A stretch of DNA of 64,000 bases. Source: an uncultured virus (IMG/VR IMGVR_UViG_2695420475_000006) (Duplodnaviria; Heunggongvirae; Uroviricota; Caudoviricetes). The notes beneath the pieces were generated by a model that had not been told where the DNA came from, did not search any database, and worked only from the letters and a program-made list of their open reading frames with translations. Below, piece after piece: positions 57,290 to 64,000 of this stretch; the first letter of the stretch is position 1; each line of letters opens with the position of its first letter. The position numbers were made by a program, and so were the translations under genes. The stretch lies in IMG/VR virus record IMGVR_UViG_2695420475_000006; one strand, written 5' to 3'.

Positions 57290-59052
57290 CCGTCGCAACT
57301 TTCGCCGAGCCGTTCACCGGCACCGATCACGACGACTTCGCGGCGTGGGCGCGGGAGGTACGCGAGTACCGCATTGAGCGCGCCTACGACCCGCCGCACA
57401 TTGAGCTTTACGACGGGGATTGGGTCTATCGCGGCACGGTGCGCGGCGAGCTGGGCGGGCGGGTCAATCCGATCGTCAACCAGACCGGGACTATTTCGCT
57501 GCGCCTACCGATCGATCTCGACGACCGCCGGGGTACGTGGCCGGCTTTCTGGGCCCTGGACGAAGAGGCGCGCGGCACCAGCAATATTCACGTGATCGTC
57601 GAGACCATGGGTGCCCGCATCGGCGGCCGGATGAAGGCCAAAGACGGTGTGCATATTGAGCGTGGGGCCACCGGAGACGTGGTGGTCATCGAGTTCCTGG
57701 ACGATATCGAAGAGCTGAAATTCGTTCACACAGCGGGCAATCCGTTCCTACCGTTGTCACTAATCCAGCAGCCGAAGGCGTGGATGCTGCTCGCGCAGGC
57801 TGATCACGGGATCTTGCTGACGATGGCGGCGAATCTACTTCGGTTGCAGCTGACCAACATTGACATCGGCACCCTGTTCAAACTGCTCGACCCGGCCAAC
57901 TGGAACATTCCCGAGCTGGTCGACATATTCCTCAACATCTGGCAGCAGTCGCAAATCGTCATCGTGCCACGCACGTTCGGCGATTCGGTGGCCCCGCTGT
58001 CCCTGGTCGTCGGCAGCATCAAGACATCGATCTTCGACGTGGCCGCGCCGATCATGGAAGACGCAGAGCTGCAATGGGACCTGCGGCGCTGGAAAACCGG
58101 CGACCCCGAACCGTGGCCGGGCGCAGGCACCAACTGGCGCAACGGCACCCTGTTCGTCCGCATCGTCGACAAGTCAGGGTTCCGCACCGGCACATCCATC
58201 GGCGGCAACCTGGCCACGGGCCTGACCCGAACAATCGCCGATGTGCTGTCCAACCACGTCGAGGACAGCTACAACCTGTTCACCGGGGAGACCATCGACG
58301 AGACAGGCTACCGGCTGCCCGGCATCCTCGGCACGCAGGCCGCGCACCCCTACGTGGTGTACCGCGACGGCGACATCACCGGCATCCAAACATCGAACTT
58401 CTCGCGCTCACCGGGCGGCGCCGGCCGTATCACCGTGGGCGGCCAGTCGATGCCGGGTGTGAACGAATTGATAAGTGCCGCAATTCAGTACGGCGGCGAT
58501 GTGCTCGGCGACAACATTTCGGCGGCGATCAGCGCGGGCGTCGGGTTCACAGTGTCGGTCGGCTCCCTCGGCGGTGCGATCGATTCGTTCCTCAACCCGA
58601 TCTACCGAGATTCGATCCTGGCGCACATGTCGGTTCCGCTGCTACTGCGGACAAGCCGTCAGGGGTGGGGTCATTACCTGGAGACCACCAGCACCAACGT
58701 CACCCAGGCGTTCACCGCGGCGAGCGTGATGGACCTGCGCAGGCGCCGGCGTGAGACCGACCCCGACACCTCATTCACGCTGACCGTCGCCAACGCCTCG
58801 CCGTGGCTCATCGGCGACAACGGTTTCGGGCATTGGTGGCTGGGCGATCGTGTCGGCGGCACCAGCAAGTACCTGATGCCGCGGGTGTTCGTGCGCCGCT
58901 GCCGGTCTCTGGACATCAATTGGGGTGAGCACCGGCCGTTGACGGTCGAGGGCACCTTCGGGGACACCCGCCAGGAAAAGGACGCGATCGAGCGCATGGC
59001 CGAACTGATGAGCCGCACCATGAGCGGCCTGCAACAGATAGGACTGTGGTGA
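57286..59052 (+). CDS. Minor tail protein (baseplate hub-like)
   Basis: LYDGDW..G start, GHWWLGDRVG; position. Confidence 0.85.
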   Translation: MTVATFAEPFTGTDHDDFAAWAREVREYRIERAYDPPHIELYDGDWVYRGTVRGELGGRVNPIVNQTGTISLRLPIDLDDRRGTWPAFWALDEEARGTSNIHVIVETMGARIGGRMKAKDGVHIERGATGDVVVIEFLDDIEELKFVHTAGNPFLPLSLIQQPKAWMLLAQADHGILLTMAANLLRLQLTNIDIGTLFKLLDPANWNIPELVDIFLNIWQQSQIVIVPRTFGDSVAPLSLVVGSIKTSIFDVAAPIMEDAELQWDLRRWKTGDPEPWPGAGTNWRNGTLFVRIVDKSGFRTGTSIGGNLATGLTRTIADVLSNHVEDSYNLFTGETIDETGYRLPGILGTQAAHPYVVYRDGDITGIQTSNFSRSPGGAGRITVGGQSMPGVNELISAAIQYGGDVLGDNISAAISAGVGFTVSVGSLGGAIDSFLNPIYRDSILAHMSVPLLLRTSRQGWGHYLETTSTNVTQAFTAASVMDLRRRRRETDPDTSFTLTVANASPWLIGDNGFGHWWLGDRVGGTSKYLMPRVFVRRCRSLDINWGEHRPLTVEGTFGDTRQEKDAIERMAELMSRTMSGLQQIGLW

Positions 59053-59465
59053 CAGAGGGTATCTCGCCCGAAGAGGCGCAAGCACTGGCCGACAAGGTTG
59101 TCGAGTCGCAGGTCATCCCGAAGAAGATCCCGCCGGTCGATGACATCGACGGCCAGGTCAAGGCCCTAGGTGGTGCGCTGGCCTCGGCACTGCTGACTGC
59201 GACCGAATTGCCGTTGACGGTGATGCAGCCAGTTGTCGCCGACCTGGCCGCCCAGCTGGTAGCACTCGGCATCCGCCAGACCGAGCACATTGACCCGACC
59301 GCGGTGCACGCGCCGGCCTGGATCACCGATGGGGTACGCCAGGAATCGATCAAGCTGCCCGAGCAACCCCAGCACACCGAATCCGATCCGCATGTGGAGA
59401 TGACCGCCACCGCGCCCAAGTGCCCCAAGCGCATACCCAAGGCAGCCCGGGCGGTGCGGCGATGA
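59049..59465 (+). CDS. Minor tail region protein
   Basis: Position, coupled ORF. Confidence 0.65.
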   Translation: MTEGISPEEAQALADKVVESQVIPKKIPPVDDIDGQVKALGGALASALLTATELPLTVMQPVVADLAAQLVALGIRQTEHIDPTAVHAPAWITDGVRQESIKLPEQPQHTESDPHVEMTATAPKCPKRIPKAARAVRR

Positions 59466-61804
59466 CCACACCCGGTGGAGTGCCCAACCTTCCCGCGGGC
59501 GGGATGACGCTGGAGACCCTGGCTCAAAAGCTGCAAGACATGACGCCCGGGGCGATGCGCAACCGGGCCGCCGAGCGCATGCCCGGCACGTTCCACGGCT
59601 CCACCGGCGGTGACCCGCTGCAAGACCTCTCGCCGTTCGGGATCTTGACGAAGCTGTTCGCCGGATTCAATTCCCACGTCGCCAATGCCGACCCGAACGA
59701 TATTCAGAGCCCCGAAGACCTGCCCGGCCTACTGGTCGACTTCATCGAAAGCCTGCCCGTCATCGGACAGTTCGTTGGCTTGGCCGAGGCGATCATGGGC
59801 ACCTACGACGGCGACGACGAAACGCTGCTGGCGATTCAACAGATCTTCATGCCGATACGTCGACTGCTCCAGCTCGCCTCTGGACAGGACGTTGGCTGGC
59901 CCACCCTAGAAGAGATTGAAGAGGGTTGGGAGGATCTGTTTGCTGCCATAGTCAAGGCGGCGAGTCAGTTCTTTAAGGGCGTGATCCCGGTGTCGTGGAT
60001 CGCCGATGTGATCGAGGATCTGATTCAAGGCGCTGGCCAGTTCTTGAATGCAGGTGCCATCGCCGACAATCCGTTCCTGCATTGGGACCCGAATACGCCA
60101 GGCAAAGACTCTGGATTCTCCGGGAAGATGACGGCCGATGGGACTTGGCAATCGGTGCGCGGCGAGATTTTCGATGTAGCACCTAAGCAAGTGGTGAAGT
60201 TGCCGGCGGCAACGAAGTGGTCAGGCGTAACCGCGACACCAGGTTCGAATCCGATCAAGGTTGGGTTCGTAGCATGGGACGCCGCTGGTAATGCCCTGCC
60301 CGATGTCATCACCGGGCAGGTTCAACCCGGTACCGCGTCGGCGCCGTGGCAGGTCATACCAACTACTGATTGGGTTGTGCCCGAGGGGGTTGCGCGCGCA
60401 GCGACGATGGTGACGCTCGATGCCGGGGCATTGTCCGGCGATGTGTGGTTCTCGAATATCTCGAGCTATATGGCGAACAAGATGGCGCCCGACTTGCTTA
60501 CGAGCATCGTCGAGGGCGGGCAGAATTTCGCAAGGGATGTGCAGAACGGCTGGGATGCGTTCTGGAACGGGGTTTTTGGCGCCAACGCCACCGGCAAGAC
60601 CCCTGATGATGTCAAGGCGGCTTCGGCGCATGTCACCGCGGTCGCCAACGACGCGAACGCTGCGGCGCAGTTCGCCTCGTCGATGGTGATCCGGCCACGC
60701 CGCAGCCCGCGCTGGATGTCGACTGGCACTCACGACGACGTGTCTTTCCCGATCGCGCTGGCACAATCGATGTTCACCCCGGCCTTGGGGGACATCACCT
60801 ACATACCGATCACCCCGGACACCGACCGCGTGTACAAGGCCCTCAAATTCGGGCTAGTCGGCAACGCGATGACCAACCTCTACGTCGGCGTCTACAAGTT
60901 TCAATATGACGGAACACTCACCCGAGCGGTCTATCTCGGCGATGTGAAGTCCGCGCTGACCGCCTCGAAGGTGCAGACGTTCGCGGCACCCGGCGGCGTA
61001 TCGGTCGGGCGCGGCGAAACCGTCTACCTCGCCGTACGCCAGGTTGGCGGCACCGCCGGGCAGATGTTCACCACGCCCTCGCTGCTGCAAGTGACCGAGG
61101 TGGTGCAACCGGTCCCGACCTACATCACCGAGAAGAACAACACCGGTTCTGGTCTGCCCGAAACAATCTCGGGCGCGATCGTGCGTTCGGAGTCCGCGCC
61201 GGCCTGGGGTGCGCTCGGTGAGACCCTGTTGGATTCACCGTGGACGGACTACACCGCGCCGGGCTGGTACACCTACCTGTTCGGTGCCGATTCACGCTAC
61301 GTCTACATCGCGGGATCGAGCGCCGGTGGCGGCGGCGGTGGCGGCGACGGCGGCTGGGACAAGCCAGGCGAAGGCGGACGCCGCGGCAACTGGGCGGCGC
61401 TGAGTCTGGAGCGCGGTGTCGGGATTCCCTGGGATGTACCCGGTTTGGACGTGTACGTTCCGGCGCCAGGTGCGGGCTCGCCGAGCAGGGAAACAAACGG
61501 CAGCCCCGGTGAAGCGTTGATTGTGCGGCTGTCGACCGCGCCGGGCACGGTGCTGTTGAACATTCCGGGCGGCAACGGCGGGCGCCTGGCCTACGGCGGG
61601 TTCTTCAACCGCGATCCCGTTGGCGAGGCACAGACCAATTACCCGTTCTTCGGGCGTCTATTCGTCGGCGGCCTGGCGGCCCCGAAAGACACCAACGGCA
61701 ACAGCCCCGGTGGCGGTGGCGGCGGCGGCGACGGCGGTGTCGGCGGCAACGCGCGGGCAGGCCGTCCGGGCGGGGCCGGTTTCTGCGCGATAAGGACGGC
61801 GTGA
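59462..61804 (+). CDS. Minor tail protein with C-terminal glycine-rich domain
   Basis: MTTPGGVPNLP start, carbohydrate-binding-like VPEGV...VWF region, GGGGGG repeats. Confidence 0.85.
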   Translation: MTTPGGVPNLPAGGMTLETLAQKLQDMTPGAMRNRAAERMPGTFHGSTGGDPLQDLSPFGILTKLFAGFNSHVANADPNDIQSPEDLPGLLVDFIESLPVIGQFVGLAEAIMGTYDGDDETLLAIQQIFMPIRRLLQLASGQDVGWPTLEEIEEGWEDLFAAIVKAASQFFKGVIPVSWIADVIEDLIQGAGQFLNAGAIADNPFLHWDPNTPGKDSGFSGKMTADGTWQSVRGEIFDVAPKQVVKLPAATKWSGVTATPGSNPIKVGFVAWDAAGNALPDVITGQVQPGTASAPWQVIPTTDWVVPEGVARAATMVTLDAGALSGDVWFSNISSYMANKMAPDLLTSIVEGGQNFARDVQNGWDAFWNGVFGANATGKTPDDVKAASAHVTAVANDANAAAQFASSMVIRPRRSPRWMSTGTHDDVSFPIALAQSMFTPALGDITYIPITPDTDRVYKALKFGLVGNAMTNLYVGVYKFQYDGTLTRAVYLGDVKSALTASKVQTFAAPGGVSVGRGETVYLAVRQVGGTAGQMFTTPSLLQVTEVVQPVPTYITEKNNTGSGLPETISGAIVRSESAPAWGALGETLLDSPWTDYTAPGWYTYLFGADSRYVYIAGSSAGGGGGGGDGGWDKPGEGGRRGNWAALSLERGVGIPWDVPGLDVYVPAPGAGSPSRETNGSPGEALIVRLSTAPGTVLLNIPGGNGGRLAYGGFFNRDPVGEAQTNYPFFGRLFVGGLAAPKDTNGNSPGGGGGGGDGGVGGNARAGRPGGAGFCAIRTA

Positions 61805-63540
61805 TGACCACAACGACTGCGCGTACCGGCGGCAAATGGTATGGCCGATTCCGCATCACACCCGCGAGCGTCCCGTCACGCGTCGCGGTCGGTACCCCGA
61901 CTATCACGACAGGGCCACTGACGATCCGGCCGACCAGCGTCCCGTCGCGCGTAGCGGTCGGTACCCCGACTATCACCTGGCCGCAAGACATCCGGCCCAC
62001 GAGCGTTGCGTCACGCGTCGCGGTCGGTACCCCGAGCTTGATTCCGATCGTTGCCCCGGCCAGCGTGCCCTCGCGTGCCGCGGTGGGTACCCCGACCGTC
62101 ACCGTCGGGCCGGTCACGATCAGTCCGACCGCCGTGCCCTCGCGGGTGGCGGTCGGTACCCCGAGCCTGGCGCAGGTCATCAAACCTGCCGCCGTACCCT
62201 CCCGCGCCGCGGTGGGCACCCCGAGCGTTGCCTACGTGGTCAAGCCGACCGCCGTCCCGTCACGGGCTGCTGTCGGCACCCCCACCCTGACACCGGGCCC
62301 GGTCACCATCGCGCCCACCAGCGTTGCGTCGCGGGTGGCTGTTGGCACGCCGACGATCACTCAGCCCGCCTCGGTCAACTACAACACCCAAGGCGTGGGC
62401 ACCGAGACAACCAGCTCGCCGGCGACGTGCACCATTTCCCCGAATGCTGGTGATGACGTGCTGGTGTTCTACTCGCTGGGATCGGGGGCGGTCTCGTCGG
62501 CGACCTACGGGGCGAGCAACCTGCCGATGATCTGCGCCGGGCAAGCACTGTCCAACGGTGTGTTGATCGCGGCCTACCTCATCAGGAACGTCGCATCCGG
62601 TAGCGCGACGATCAATATCAACAAGACCGGTTCGAGCTGGGGGCAGGCCGTGGCCGTGTCCTACGCCGGCGCGCAAGGATTCCGGCCCGCGAAATCCGCT
62701 GTCGGCAACGGAACATCGTTCTCCCTGCCCGTCACCGTGCCGCTCAACGGGCGCACCGTGCACGCGTTCACCCCCGGACAGAACAGCACCACCTTGTCGG
62801 CGCTGTCCGGCGGCACCAGCCGCTACCTCGACAACGTGGGGTTCTTGACCCAATCGGTGCGTGACGCCGACGCGGCCACAACATTCGGTGGCACGCTCAG
62901 CGCGACCCGCGACTGGGCCGCGCTCGGCGTCCCCCTGTGCGCGGTAGCCCCCACCGGGCCTATCCCGAAGTACAGCACCGGCACGGACGCCGACGGCATC
63001 AACGGCACCAAGACATTCGATGTCTACACCGCAGTCGGCGATTACGTCTACGCGATCGTCGGACAAACCGGGCCGGGTGATCCATCCGCGGTCACCTGCG
63101 CCGGTACCGCCATGACGCTGCTCGACACACTGACCTGGAACGCCGGATCTGCCACCGGATTTATCAAGATCTACCGCAGCGCTGCGGCGATGACCTCGGC
63201 CGGCGCGAAAACCGTGTCGATCACAGCCACCGGCGGCAACTGGTGGCGTGCCTTCGGATTGGCCGTATCCGGGGTTACCGCGCCTTCGGGCACCGTGACC
63301 AAGACCTCGGCGACCACATCGCAACCCACACAGTCCGTCACCTGCGCAGCCGACCAGCTGATCGTGCAGATATTCATCACCAGCGCAGCGGCGACCGGGA
63401 CCGCGGGCGGGGCGGCTCTGTGGCTGACGCCCGCGGCCGGGCAAGTCTTCATGACCGTCAATGTTGCCGACGAGTCAACAACTTTCACCATCGCCAACAC
63501 CTCCGTGAACTGGGGCGCGGCAGCCGTCGTGCTCAATTGA
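61804..63540 (+). CDS. Tail fibre-like minor tail protein
   Basis: Eight PxxVxSRxAVGTP repeats then two related beta-rich domains. Confidence 0.8.
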   Translation: MTTTTARTGGKWYGRFRITPASVPSRVAVGTPTITTGPLTIRPTSVPSRVAVGTPTITWPQDIRPTSVASRVAVGTPSLIPIVAPASVPSRAAVGTPTVTVGPVTISPTAVPSRVAVGTPSLAQVIKPAAVPSRAAVGTPSVAYVVKPTAVPSRAAVGTPTLTPGPVTIAPTSVASRVAVGTPTITQPASVNYNTQGVGTETTSSPATCTISPNAGDDVLVFYSLGSGAVSSATYGASNLPMICAGQALSNGVLIAAYLIRNVASGSATININKTGSSWGQAVAVSYAGAQGFRPAKSAVGNGTSFSLPVTVPLNGRTVHAFTPGQNSTTLSALSGGTSRYLDNVGFLTQSVRDADAATTFGGTLSATRDWAALGVPLCAVAPTGPIPKYSTGTDADGINGTKTFDVYTAVGDYVYAIVGQTGPGDPSAVTCAGTAMTLLDTLTWNAGSATGFIKIYRSAAAMTSAGAKTVSITATGGNWWRAFGLAVSGVTAPSGTVTKTSATTSQPTQSVTCAADQLIVQIFITSAAATGTAGGAALWLTPAAGQVFMTVNVADESTTFTIANTSVNWGAAAVVLN

Positions 63541-63565
63541 CACAACCAGAAAGAGAGAATACCCA

Positions 63566-63973
63566 ATGGCAAACATCATGTACGACAAGGCATATGAGGC
63601 GTTCGGCAACGCGCAAATCAACTGGCTTGCCGACACCATCAAGGTCGTTCTGGTGGACACCGGCGGCTACACCCTGAACGCGGCCACCCACGAATTCCTA
63701 TCGGATATCCCCTCCGGTGCTCGTATCGCCACCTCGGCCGCGCTCACGGGTAAGGCGAACGTGCTTGGCGTGCTCGATGCCAATGATTCTTCATGGCCAG
63801 GGGTGACCGGTCTCAGCGGTGAAGCGGTGGTGATCTTCAAAGACACCGGCACGGCCGGTACGTCGCGGCTGATCTTCTACCTAGACACGGCCTCGGGGCT
63901 GCCCGTGACGCCCAACGGCGGCGACATCAACATCAAATGGAACGACGGCACCGACAAAATTGGCCGACTGTGA
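63566..63973 (+). CDS. Minor tail protein
   Basis: INW.ADTIKV.LV, LPVTPNGGDI...W motifs. Confidence 0.75.
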   Translation: MANIMYDKAYEAFGNAQINWLADTIKVVLVDTGGYTLNAATHEFLSDIPSGARIATSAALTGKANVLGVLDANDSSWPGVTGLSGEAVVIFKDTGTAGTSRLIFYLDTASGLPVTPNGGDINIKWNDGTDKIGRL

Positions 63974-64000
63974 TGACGACATGGCCGGTCAAGGTCGGCG

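Larger units (their letters stand above)
36535..64000 (+). mobile_element. Siphoviral prophage element 2 (late-early, packaging, head and tail modules; continues past window)
   Basis: Canonical HNH-TerS-TerL-portal-protease-MCP-neck-tail-TMP order. Confidence 0.95.

Noticed and set aside
1..64000. attL/attR core, lysis cassette, polymorphic toxin cassette
   Set aside because: Not visible: the window starts at the integrase ATG and ends within the tail genes.

Overview
High-GC actinobacterial (most likely mycobacterial) prophage DNA in four blocks separated by three N gaps (19396-19406, 25820-25830, 36514-36534). Block 1 (1-19395) is an integrase-led element with a repressor/Cro/Xis switch, RecE/RecT, RusA, a C5 DNA methyltransferase, HNH, WhiB, an iteron-containing replication initiator, a TerS-like gene and a serine resolvase. 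It ends in a DnaA-box-like cluster, a strongly structured ~155-nt non-coding element and a lipoprotein gene, with no virion genes. Blocks 2 and 3 repeat about 12.26-17.4 kb and 12.26-19.4 kb behind an identical MTase-fragment/DUF5131 lead-in. Their SNP mosaics indicate assembly chimeras between two elements that share one ~440-bp gene. Block 3 continues into a 1786-bp non-autonomous transposon (34238-36023; 26-bp IRs, 5-bp TSD) carrying two DUF5994 genes and a decayed cspA. Block 4 (36535-64000) is a siphoviral prophage with replication genes, RuvC, HNH, a putative cos region, terminase, portal, protease, HK97-type capsid, tail genes with a -1 frameshift, tape measure and minor tail/fibre genes. 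All calls come from reading motifs by eye; no database searches were run.
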